Assembly (NCBI GenBank): GCA_012522895.1 | Contig: JAAYJM010000096.1 | Location: forward strand, 1-63,164 | DNA from: Ignavibacteria bacterium | GTDB lineage: Bacteria; Bacteroidota; Ignavibacteria; Kapaibacteriales; UBA2268 | DNA length: 63,164 nucleotides | Direction of reading: 5' to 3' | Part shown: positions 37,133 to 49,100 of the stretch, one piece after another | How positions within the stretch are numbered: position 1 is the stretch's first letter | How the letters are laid out: every line of letters begins with the position of its first letter | The notes under the pieces: generated by a model | The model's input: the letters and a program-made list of their open reading frames with translations, nothing else | Database searches by the model: none | Told to the model about the DNA's origin: nothing | Made by a program: the position numbers and the translations under genes

Positions 37133-39778
37133 TCACGGATAATAAAAATCTACTGGATTTGTTAAAAATAAGTAGTAGCCCCTCCCAGTAGCCAAGCCAG
37201 CAATATCATTTAAAAAGTAAGCTGGAAAGTATACTTTCCCTTCATTGTCCTTTACTAAAACAATCAGATCGATAATTGAAGAAAATGCTTGAACTGCGTT
37301 CATCAAATCATCTCGCAAGTAAGGAATAAAATTCCAGCCTTCATTTAAATGCAAAACAAATTGAGTCTGGTCAATCTTTTTCCCTACAAAAGAAAGCTCT
37401 GCCGGCGCATTTAAAAAAACCTGATATGCTTCGCTATTATTCCAAGTTCCAATTTCATTTATATTCTCAGCTGGCTTATAAATAGAGCCAGCAAAATTTT
37501 TTACTACAATGTTAGTCCCTTTCAAGGAAAAAAACACTGCATCAATTGCTTCATTCATTGGAATAACGTTACTCGAAATTGAGTTCCAACCCGATTGCAA
37601 CTGAATATTTAATGTGTCAAAACTTTGTGGATTATTAAAAAACTTTGCAACAAAGCCATCAATCGAATTATTAGCTAAAGCAGATTGGCTTGAATAGTTG
37701 AAAGAAATACCATTGTTGCTTTCAGTATTGCCAGCTATAACAATATTATCATCAGCATCACTTGCGCCGCAGTATACAAATTCATCGAAATCGCCACCAT
37801 AATATGTCCCCCACAAACGCTCACCGGCACTAGAAAATTTAGCTACAAAACCATCTGTATTAAAGCCATAGCCAGCTAAATTTTCTTGATGGACTGATGG
37901 CGTGGAAATATTATTTTGGCTTAAAGTAAAACCACTTATAAAAAGTTCATTATCTTTGTTATTGCAAACCGAATAAATGCCGTCATAATTACTGCCGCCG
38001 TAGTATGTTCCCCACAAACGCTCACCAGTGTTAGAAAACTTAGCAACAAAGCCATCTTCAAAGCCAGCCATTGAGTTTTGGAAAGCACCCTCGGAGGCAA
38101 TATCAAGAACGCTATTTGTGTATCCGGCAATCAAAACATCATTATTATTATCAACTTTAACAGAATTGCAAGCGTCATCAAGCTCACCGCCATAGTAGCT
38201 TGTCCAAATTCTATCGCCATCGGAATTGAATTTTGCTAAAAAGCCGTCTGAAAAGCCACCAAATTCTTCTTGAAAAGCGCCTTCTGAGCTGATATTCATA
38301 TAACTATTTGTTTGACCTGCAACAAATATGTTATTTAAGGAATCAACCCCAACAGAGGCGCCAGAATCATAATCCTCATAACCGAAATAAGTCGACCAAA
38401 CAAGTTCTAACGATGGATTGAATTTTGCAAGATAAGCATCGCCATAGTTTTGATAATCCGTTAAAAAAGAGTTTGGGGTTGAGATAAAATCACTGCTATT
38501 AGTAAATCCTGTTATAATAATATTGTTCAAATTGTCGCAGGCAATACCATTGGCGCAATCGTAATCTGTTCCGCCAAAGTAAGTTCCCAATAAAAATTCC
38601 CCTTCTGAGGAAAACTTAGCGATAAAAGCATCGCCATAGCCGCCATTGTTATTCTCTTGCCAAACGTTTGTGCTTGCAATTCCATTTTCGCTCATTGTGT
38701 AGCCGGCGATAAGAACATTTCCATCGCTATCGCAAGTAATACCATAAGCGGAGTCGTGTTCTTCTCCACCAAAATAAGTAGACCAAATTACTTGTCCATT
38801 TTTATCAAACTTTCTTATAAAAGCATCAATAAAACCAGCAATTTCGCCTTGGCATGCGCCCTGGGATGCTATATTATTCAAGCTCATCGTCTCGCCCGCA
38901 GCGTAGACATTTCCTTCGTTATCGCTTGCAAGCCCATAAATAAAATCCATATCTTCGCCACCAAGATAGGTGCCCCAAAAAATTTGCGGATCTATAATCA
39001 AGCATTTACTATTATCGTAATGTTTTATGCTAAATCCAAAAGTATTTTCGCTTATTCTTTTAAAATTGCCTTCTACTCTTGTCCGCAATTTTGAAGTGTA
39101 ATTATCCTTTGTATATGCAAGCGGGATATGCTCTTGGACTGAGCCGAGATAAGTACTGAAACTAAGGGTCTTATCGTTTTTATTGAAAGCAAGATTGTCA
39201 GCTCCATTTACTTTAATTACTATATCGGAAGGATTTCCGCCCGGGTGAACTATAAAATCATATTTAGGCTTTCCTTCTCTATTAAAAAAGAGCTTTAAAT
39301 CAATATTATCGTATATATTCTTATATAGTATTTCTGAATATCTTGGAACTTTTACATATTCATTATTTAAAACCGAATACATTATTTGCTCTGGCTCGCT
39401 GTTTTGAGAATTAACAGTTTCGATTGTGGCAGGATTTGCCCCAACGAGCTCAAGATCTATTCTTGCAAATTGGATTGTCCGCTTAGTAAATTGATTATTC
39501 TTTAAAGGTTTTTCTGTATAGTATTTGTTACGTATTTTTTTATAATCGAAAACACTATCCGTTTCACTAATCACATTATAAAGTTCATAGCTAATGCTAT
39601 TTTGCTTTATATGTAATTTAAAGTTATTTGAAGAAAAATAGTATAAAACTTCATTATTATAAGCATTATTTTGATTTTTTAGCTGCCCAATATTCTCAGC
39701 AAAGTAAAATGAGCATAATTCCAATTGTGAAAAGGAAAGAAGAAATATAACAATAAGATATTTGTATAATTTAAGCAT
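37133..39778 (-). CDS. secreted 881-aa protein with SBBP-type beta-propeller repeats and a C-terminal tandem orphan (GWN) module; no T9SS tail
   Basis: About 8 repeats have the form W(G/S)TY(F/Y)GG...D...G(I/V)..D...N(I/V)...G.T.S...I(A/S). The C-terminal 160 aa are homologous to a segment of the 3645-aa protein. Confidence 0.7.
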   Translation of the reverse strand: MLKLYKYLIVIFLLSFSQLELCSFYFAENIGQLKNQNNAYNNEVLYYFSSNNFKLHIKQNSISYELYNVISETDSVFDYKKIRNKYYTEKPLKNNQFTKRTIQFARIDLELVGANPATIETVNSQNSEPEQIMYSVLNNEYVKVPRYSEILYKNIYDNIDLKLFFNREGKPKYDFIVHPGGNPSDIVIKVNGADNLAFNKNDKTLSFSTYLGSVQEHIPLAYTKDNYTSKLRTRVEGNFKRISENTFGFSIKHYDNSKCLIIDPQIFWGTYLGGEDMDFIYGLASDNEGNVYAAGETMSLNNIASQGACQGEIAGFIDAFIRKFDKNGQVIWSTYFGGEEHDSAYGITCDSDGNVLIAGYTMSENGIASTNVWQENNNGGYGDAFIAKFSSEGEFLLGTYFGGTDYDCANGIACDNLNNIIITGFTNSSDFISTPNSFLTDYQNYGDAYLAKFNPSLELVWSTYFGYEDYDSGASVGVDSLNNIFVAGQTNSYMNISSEGAFQEEFGGFSDGFLAKFNSDGDRIWTSYYGGELDDACNSVKVDNNNDVLIAGYTNSVLDIASEGAFQNSMAGFEDGFVAKFSNTGERLWGTYYGGSNYDGIYSVCNNKDNELFISGFTLSQNNISTPSVHQENLAGYGFNTDGFVAKFSSAGERLWGTYYGGDFDEFVYCGASDADDNIVIAGNTESNNGISFNYSSQSALANNSIDGFVAKFFNNPQSFDTLNIQLQSGWNSISSNVIPMNEAIDAVFFSLKGTNIVVKNFAGSIYKPAENINEIGTWNNSEAYQVFLNAPAELSFVGKKIDQTQFVLHLNEGWNFIPYLRDDLMNAVQAFSSIIDLIVLVKDNEGKVYFPAYFLNDIAGLATGRGYYLFLTNPVDFYYP

Positions 39779-39879
39779 AAAAACATTGAAAAATGATTTG
39801 AAAACATATTACAAATTAAAGAAAAATCTGTAATTAAACAAGAGCGATTTGGATTAATTCTGCTTTTTTGTATTCAAAG

Positions 39880-39909
39880 AAAAAAAAGCAGCCTATTTGC
39901 ATAGGCTGC
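39880..39909 (-). terminator. rho-independent terminator of the 3645-aa gene
   Basis: On the minus strand the stem gcagcctat-gcaa-ataggctgc is followed by an 8-nt T-run. It lies 23 nt after the stop at 39932. Confidence 0.7.
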
Positions 39910-39931
39910 CTTTTATAAAAAACGCATAAGC

Positions 39932-40180
39932 TTACTTTGTAATAAGCATTATTTGATTTGCTTGCTTGAAGCCAGAGCGAATAACTAAATTATAAGTTCC
40001 AGATGCCAAGTTAGAAACATCGAAATTAACTGTGTGGATGCCAGCTTTAAAGTTTGCACTTGTAATGCTTGCAATCTTTTGACCGCTTATTGAGTATAAG
40101 TCAATTTCCACATCTCCCTCGTTTGGCAGGCTAAACTCAATTACTGTATTAGCTGTCGCCGGGTTTGGAATGTTCTTAAT
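39932..40180 (-). other. T9SS type-A C-terminal sorting domain coding segment (3645-aa protein)
   Basis: The last 82 aa read IKNIPNPATANTVIEFSLPNEGDVEIDLYSISGQKI...GTYNLVIRSGFKQANQIMLITK. Confidence 0.7.
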
Positions 40181-43100
40181 TGCAATGTCTCCAGCAATCG
40201 CATTTCCTTCTGCAATGGCTTTTGCAAAGTAAATCGCACCTTGAGTATATGTGATATACTCTGGATTTGTGCCGCTAAGAAGTTCGCTAATCTGATAAAG
40301 ATTAAGATCGCTATATTTACCATCGGTCGGGTTATAAGTTTTTACTAACAAATAATCCCCTTCGATGGCGCCTTCGTCATTTTGAGTTAATTCATTATTA
40401 CCCCAAATATTAATTCCAGCAAAGCCATTGTTAATAACGGCTGCGCCTATCAATTCACCTTTTGAACTCCAAACGCCAACTTCTTGATTATTAAAGCTAT
40501 TGCCTAAATCAAGGACAAGTGTAGCGTCATTTCCAGTGTTCTTTACAGTTGGAATTAAATATTTTGGCAATGGAGTAATATCGTTAATACCAGCTCTTGA
40601 TTGGATTACGTTGCTCGGATATACTAATTCGGCATTTGCAGAAACATATAAGTTATAGCCTTCGCCGGGCAATAGATCACCAATTGTGTTGATATTGAAT
40701 TGAGGAATATAAACTTCACCAGAGCCACTCTTTGCAACTATTAACTGGTTATGAATTGAAGCAAAACCTGTTTGAGCTGCAATAGGATTGTCTCTCAAAT
40801 ATGAAGACAATCGCCAGCCCGATTGCAAGTAAATTGGAGTTGCAACTGGATCGATTTTTTCACCAGTAACTTGAAGTTCAGCATCAGCTAACATATAAAC
40901 CATATAGCCGTGCCTAATATTCCAATTATTAATCGTATTGATATTCCATTGAGGAATGTATTGCTGTCCAAGTGAATTTTTAACTATTCTCACGTTTGAA
41001 GCAATAGGAGCAAAAATATTCACAACATTTGGAGCTGTTGGGCTGAGATAACTTGAAATCATATTCCAGCCGTTAGTCAATTGAAGCGACTGCGTTTCCG
41101 TAGTAAGAACTTCTAAACTTGACAGAACTGAAACTGCTGCAATTTGATAATTATCAGGTCCTGAAGCAAAAATCGGCTCAGCATTGTAAATGTCTTTTGC
41201 CTCATTGTCCCAAACCTTGAATAAATATGTCTCTCCAATAGAATATCCATCTTTTTCTGTTGTCGATAGGTCGTCTCCATAAACAGTAATTGGAAGCTCG
41301 TTCCCATCCCAAACACCATAGCCAGCGCAAGCAAATATTCCGTCATTATCGTAGAACAAGCCAATAGCATCGCCAGTAACAAAAGAACGATCCCCAATTA
41401 GCGATACAGCATCACTTGGAACTATGATTGTCGAGCTATTATTTGTTTCTACCAGGGTCCAAGGAGTAAAGTCTATCGGCTCAGTTAAGAATGTAAATAC
41501 ATCTGACCAAGGACCAGTTACTCCGTCTTTACTCGCTCTTACTTTCCAATAATAGCTATGATTATTCATTAAAGCATTTTGAGCAAAGTAGCTGTTTGCT
41601 GTAAGCCCGATAGCGTTAACAGGAGTTACTCCAAAGTGTGCATAAGGAGATACTTGAATATGGTATGTTGCGCCTTCAATAGCTTCCCACTCAAAAGTTG
41701 GATTTAATGATTGGCGAACTGCATTATTTACTGGTGATAATAAAGTTACAGGACCGACAGCTGTTCTAAAGCTAAATATCTCAGACCAGGAACTATAATT
41801 TTCATACCAATCATCATAAGCTTGAATTCTCCAGAAATATTGAGTATTGGGTAATAAATTGTTAACTTGATAATTGTTATAATACTCTATTTCTTCACTT
41901 TCAATTATTTCTTCAAATTCGCTGTCCGAAGCAAGCTCAAAGTAATAGTAGTCAGCATCAGGAACATTTTCCCAAGTGAATTGTGCATTAGTATAGCTAA
42001 CGCCGCCAGCATTGTTTGCGGGAGTTAAAAGAGTTGGCTCAGCTAATTGAGTTAAGAACAGCCACATAGTAGCCCAGTTGCTAAAATTACCTGTAGAGCT
42101 CTTAGCTCTTACTCTCCAAGCATACCAAGTGCTTGGCTCTAATCCTTGAATTCCGGCACTCAAAGAAATAGTGTTGAAGTCATAAACTGTTGAATCAAGC
42201 GAATAACCTGTTAATACCTGAACTTGATATTGATTAGCATCTGCTGAGCTGTTCCAAGTTAAAACAGGGTCAAGCGCTATTGAAACAACATCGTCTAAAG
42301 GCGAGACAAGTGTTGGCGTAGCTAAGACTGTTGTAAAGTTTCTGGTTTCAGACCAATTTGTGCTATTGCCAAACATATCAACTGCTCTAAGTCTCCAATA
42401 ATACATAGTATTTAATTCGAGATTTGACAATAAATAACTTAAGCCATTTAATCCAACTTGATTTATTAAAGTAGTCGAAAATTCACTGTTTAATGATAAC
42501 TGTAATTGATAGCTTGCAGCTCCTTCAAGTGCGTTCCAAGACAATGCTCTGTTTAGGACAACTCCGACAGCATTGTTCTCTGGTTGAGCCAAAGTTGGAG
42601 CTCCTAACTGGGTAGTAAATGCCCAAACCTCAGACCAATTAGAAACTATATCTTCATCAATCGATGCCCTGAGCTTCCAATAATACACCGTATTATTTTT
42701 TAAAGGAAGTATAGCTTGGATAGTAGTTCCAGTTATGTCCTCGGCTGCAAATGGAGTTCTACCAGTAAAGTCTTCATTCTCTGAAACAATGATGCTGTAA
42801 CGAACTAAATCTTCGGGGCCCACTGCTTGCCAATTAAATGTTGGGAATAATGGAACGTTAATCGCATTATTTAAAGGAGAAACAAGCGTAGGCGCTGCCA
42901 ACATTCCTTTACCTATAAGTCCAATATTTGGACGGTTCATAGAAACCGAGCTTGCCGATCTGGCATCGCAAATATTTGGATTACCATTTTGATACTTTAC
43001 CGCTACGCTATTGTATGAAGTAGCTGTATAATACGTAGAAGCGTTAAAAGTGGTTGATGGAGTATAGAAGCAAGTTTGAATAAGCACGTTAGAAACGCCA

Positions 43101-46100
43101 TCCCAAACGAATGGTGTGTCGAAGCGGTGCATATTCCAACCAAGCGCCGGCGCGTAATTAGTTGGAGCAAGAACTTCAACCCAGCCTGCGCTATTATCAA
43201 AATTAGTAAGTGCATTTTGCGTAACAGCTTTCATCTTAATAGAGAAGTTGTTTAACGCTCCGCAGCTATTTGTCGCAGCAACGTCAAACGCAATGCCATT
43301 AATTTCACCGGGCATAAATCCACTTGCAATAATGTCTGATGCACGGTAAAGGATTTGATGCTTTGCTCCCATATATTTATTGCCATAAGGGGCGGGATAT
43401 TGGTTATCTTCGTTAAAGTTCGTTCCCTCACCAACAATATACATGTATTCAGTTTCAAATGTCCAAGCCTCAGTCCATTGGCTCGATTGATCTCCGCTAA
43501 TTGATTTTACTCTCCAATAGTAATTGGCGCCAAAATCCAATTCAGCTGTAGAATAATTAGAAGCTGTAGTAATATCATCAACAATCAAATCTGAAAAGTC
43601 TGCATCACCAGCAACTTGAATCTGATATTCTGTGGCAGATGGAACATTTGTCCAATCAAACAAAGGTTTAGACATAACATTCTTTGCTTCATTTCTTGGA
43701 GCAATAAGGTATGGTGTTGACAATCCTCCACTTGCTTCTACGTCAAATATCATATTTGGTCTATCAGAAGACACTGTCGCAGAGCCGGGCGAAGTGCAAA
43801 CAGTTTGGTTGTCTGCTCTATAATAGCGCACCGAATTAAATGGAGTAGTTGTGTAATATGTAGATTGATTGTATCCATAAGATGTGTTATTAAAGCAAAC
43901 ATCAACTAATATATTTGAAACGCCATCCCAATAGAAAGGAGTTGCAAATGTGTGTGTGTTCAATCCAAGCACATTAGCTAATGAAGGATTGAAATATACT
44001 GTTGTAAAGCCAGTATTATCCCAGCTTGTGCTTAAAATGTTTTCAGTAGTTTGCTTCATTCTAATTTCAAAATTAGCAAGTTCGTTTGTTGTATTAAGCG
44101 CGGCAACGTCAAAGGACAATGAAGTCAAGTTGCCTGCAAAACTTCCGTCTGGATTAATTTCGCTTGCTAAAACTAAAATTTGATGCTTTGCACCTTGATA
44201 CCAATTCCCATAAGGAGCCGGGTAAGATGTGGTTGAGTTAGTCAAAGTTCCATTTCCAACTTGGAAGGAAGCCCCAGTTGAGAACTCCCAAGTTTCAGAC
44301 CAAGGTCCTGGATCAGCAAAGTTTGGTTTTCCAGCTCTTACTCTCCAGTAGTATGTCGAACTCTTTTCTAAGCCAAGCTCGAAATTAGAGTCTTCTGCTA
44401 ATTCTTCTGCTACTATATAAGTAAATGATGGTTCATAAGCAACTTGGATTTGATAAGTTGCAGCAGTGAATACGTTTGCCCAATCAAAGACAAGAGAAGC
44501 TGAAACCTCTGTTGCATTATTTGCTGGTGCAAGTAAAACTGGAGCTGTTAAATTTCCATCTGTTACGAAACTCCAAACAGAAGACCATGGGCTAATATCA
44601 TAGCCGTCAGTTGCGTTTGCCTTCCAATAATAAGTTGTCATCTGCTGCAATTCAGAGCCAGCTGGCACTTGATATTGACTTGAGCTTAGCTCAGTTTCAT
44701 TTATCACAATATTTGTGAAATTTTGGTCTGTCGCAACTAACAAGCCATAAGAAGTTGCACCTTCCACGTCTTTAAAGTCAATAAATGGTAGCAATGACTG
44801 ATAGACTGCCCCATTTTCTGGTAATAAATTCTTTGGTGGAGCAATATTTCCAAAATCAATACCAAACAGCATATTAGGTCTCGAGGTAGACAGAGTTGCT
44901 GCGCCAGGAGCGGAGCAAACAGTTGCATTATCCCCTCTATAGTAACGCACTGAATTATTAGTCGTTACTGTATAGTATGTGCTTTGGCAATAGCTGTATG
45001 TGGAATTATTAAAGCAAATATCTATTAAAATATTAGAACTACCATCCCATGGGAAAGAACTATTAAATATGTGTGCATTCCAGCCAACATTATTTACTAA
45101 TGATGAATTGTAGTATACTGAGGTAAATCCATCTGTATCCCAGCTTGCGTCTAATGCTGTCGCTGTAGTTTGCTTTAACTTAATTTCAAAATCAGTTAAA
45201 GGCAAAGAACCATTTAGATCTGCAACATTAAATGATAATGAAGCAAGTGCGCCTGGGAAGCCACCTGCAGCATATATTTCGCTTGCAAGAACTAAGATTT
45301 GATGCTTTGCTCCCCAATAGTAATTACCATAAGGGGCTGGATATCCAGTAGTTGTGTTTGTTGCGGTTCCAGTGCCAATAGTAGCAAATGCACCAGTAGT
45401 AAAGTATCTGGTGTTTGACCAAGGACTTATATTAAGACCATTTGTAGCATTTACACGCCAATAATATTTAGATACTAATTCAAGACCAGTTATCATTTGG
45501 CTTGTAACTGTTAAATCAGCAAATTCGTATTCAATGTCTGAAAAATCTTCTGTTCCTGAAACTTGAACTGTGTATTTATTTGCACCAGTAACTCCGTTCC
45601 ATACAAATTCTACGTTTGAGTGTAGATTTGCGGCTGCGTTTTGAGGAGAAACAGGAGCAGGTGCAGCGAGCGTGCCTTGAGTATAGAAGTTCCAAGCTTG
45701 GGACCAATTTCCGCCTGCACTTGAAGAAATACCTTTTACTCGCCAGAAGTATTGAGTAAGCTCAGCTAACTGTGCATTTTGTGTATAGCTTGTTGTAAGA
45801 ATTCCTATTTGATAAGCAACAACATTATTAAAATTCTCATCTGTTGCAATTTGAATCTGATAGGTTTGCGCAAATTCTACTGGTTCCCAAGTAAATTGAG
45901 GTCTTCTTGAAACTGCATAAGAGTTGTTTAAAGGTGAAACAAGAACCGGTGGCATCAAACCTACTAATTCCACTTCATAAGCGCCAATAGTTGGCAGAAT
46001 GCCTCTTTCATTCCCTAAAATATCATCTGTTACCTCTGGAATTGGGGTAGCTGCAAAAACAAGCGGCGAGGCAGTTGAAGTTGGAAGTAAATGATTATTT

Positions 46101-49100
46101 GCTGTGTATTCTGGATCTTCAGATTTTGAATCAAAATCTTTGTTCGTTGCTGTCTGCCAAGCCTCCAATGTTGTTTTACTGTTTCCAACAGCATAGCTTG
46201 TTCCAATATGTCCCAAAACGCCAAAAGGTCCGCCTGCATAGTAATCATTGAAATCAATATCTGTGAATGATGTAGCTGAGCCTAATATACAAATTGCATA
46301 AGAAGCTGAGCCATCTAATCCAGCAAGTGAGTTTGTAAACACGTTGTTTCTAAGATCAAGACCTGTAACGCTTGCACTTGTAACAAGGAATGCTGCGGAT
46401 AAAGAGCCCGCAGAGCCTGCACTGCCTTGATAACCAAAAAGATTAACGCTGTTGTGCCAAACCTTTATATTCGTTCCGCCTACAATTCTAATTCCAAATG
46501 GATTATATGTTGTGCTTGTCGCGCTGTAATTCATTGTTGAAATGTCGGCGACTTCGTTATTTACGATAGTAATATCGCTGTTTCCAGTAGCAGTGCTAAT
46601 ATTAATACCATAAGCTCCCCAGCCACCGGAGGTTGATTGTTCCACACCAATCACTCTATTAGCTTTGATTAATGCACCTCCACAGCCTGCGCCAATTTCA
46701 ATAGCTGAATTAGTTGAGCCAGTGGTTAATCTTAAATTGCGGAGGTAGTTATTTGCAATCACAGGGGCATTTGCATAAGAAATATTAATTCCTCTATACC
46801 ACACAAAATAAGCTGAATTATCGCTACCAATTTCATTGTCAATAATATTTAAATTATCATTAACACCGGTTGAGCTTGCAAGCACATTTATACCATAATA
46901 TGCTCTTTGAATATGATTATTTTGAATTGTTAAATTATCGTGGTCGGCGCCTGCTCCAGATGTCGAAACAGTAGTGCCGCCAGCGTAAATTCCTAATGTT
47001 GTTGTGGTTGATTCGCTAGTATTTGCACCAATAATGTTAGTATTTTTGATAGTAACATTTTCGCAGCCAAGACCATTGCCCAAGCTCTTGAGCCAAACTA
47101 CTGCGTTAGTTCCACTTGTTGCATTATTTCTTATAGTAAGGTTTCTTTCACCTTCGTTAAATTCACCATCAATAATCACGCGATTAACGTTATTAAGAAT
47201 GATAACTGCTTCGGTTGTCGCTGCTCTTTCAATAGTAATATATGGAGTTCCAGCTTTAATAGTTAAATAATAGCCACCAAGTCCAACCTCATTCCACTGA
47301 TCAATTGTAAGTGCTGCGCTTAATGCTTGATTTTCTAAAATAGAAAGCTCTACATCACCAGATAAGCCAAGCAAAGCAATGTCAATGAAGGCAGCTTCTA
47401 AACTCGGATAATCGCCGTCTGTTCCTATTGTATAAACACCTGAAAATGGGCTTTGGATTTGTCTTGCGCCTTGAGGCTGTGTTACTGTTGGAGTATAGTC
47501 TTCTCCATCTACCGTAACTTGCAAGCATCCGGCATCAACCCAATGATTATTTACTGCATTTTCAAGTATATCGAATGTCAGCCAGAAATAATTTGTGCCA
47601 GGAGCCAATTCCTGTTCGCCAGAAATCTCAAATGTAGCAGTTGGAACTTCAAGAGTTTCGCCGAATTGATTTACAGCTTCAAACTCATTGCTTATTCCGG
47701 TATACCACAATTTTGCATTTTGTATATCACTCAAACTTGTGGTTCCATCAGTTGTAATGCTAAAGTTTGTTGCGATTAAGGGATTTAACTCGCCAGTAGT
47801 AACGACTTCAATTCCAATAATAGCTTGTTCGGTTGCACCTTGGCTCAATGGATCGTCTATTTGCCTTGTAGTGCAAGAAAGGTATTCCATATCTGAGGGG
47901 AAAGTAGCAATACTTATATCATCAATGTGCATAGAGTAGCCATAGTTACTCAGTGCTTTAAACATCACTACTGCGGCGCCATTAAATTCTGGCGGAATAT
48001 AGAATGTATATTCATACCAGCCATTTGAAGACTCAACTGGAGGCAAAGTAGTAGAAACGTTAATAGTGCCGAGCAAGGTTGCCCCTGTTAAACTCGCTGT
48101 GGTATTAACATATACCTCAAATTTATCTTGATAAGAACTGCTATATCTATATGTCCAGAAAGAAACAGGGCACTCTTCCGCTCCGCGATTCGACAAGTCA
48201 AGAGTCGGCGAGAAAAGCGTTGCATAATTGCCGTTTGAAGACAAATAGCTATAATAACGAACCATAGCCGGCGCTGAGTGCGGAGAGCAAGTCGGACTTG
48301 TTCCGCTTGTAACTCTTTCCCAGTTATAAGTTCCCTGCCCAATCATAGCTGTCCAGCCAAGCGGTGGGAATGTTTCTGAAGTAAAATCTTCAAAAAACAT
48401 AGTTGGCTCGGGTCCCGGGGCAGAAATTTGCCTTCCCTCTCCTGGATTTGTTACTGTTGGTTCATAATTTTGTCCATCTACTGTTATTGAAGTGCATTGA
48501 GCATTAACAAAATTCCCTGGCGTTGCACCCTCTGCTATGTCAAAAGTTAGCCAGAAATAGTTTGTGCCATGAAGCAACTCTAAATTGCCAGCAATATTAA
48601 ATGCTGCACTAAGCTCTCCAACCGTTTCACCAAATTGATTTTCAGCTTCAAACTCATTGCTTGTTCCTGTATACCACAATTTTGCATTTTGAATATCGCT
48701 TAAGCTTGTGGTTCCATTAGTTGTGAAACTAAAATCAGTTATGCTAATCGGGTTCAGCTGTCCATCGCTTACAAGCTCAATACCAATAATCTCTTGATTT
48801 TCAGCGCCTTGCTTCATAAGCACGGATTCCATAGCTTGAGTTGTGGTGCTGGACACATATTCCATATCCGATGGATAAGTTGTGATGCTAATATCATCAA
48901 TGTGCATAGAGTAGCCATAAGCACTTACAGCTTTAAACATCACAACAGCTGGTCCATTAAACTGGGCTGGAATATTAAATGTATATTCGTACCAGCCATT
49001 TGCGGACTCAACTGGAGGCAAAGTAGTAGAAACATTAATAGTGCCGAGCAAGGTTGCCCCTGTTAAACTCGCTGTGGTATTAACATATACTTCAAATTTA

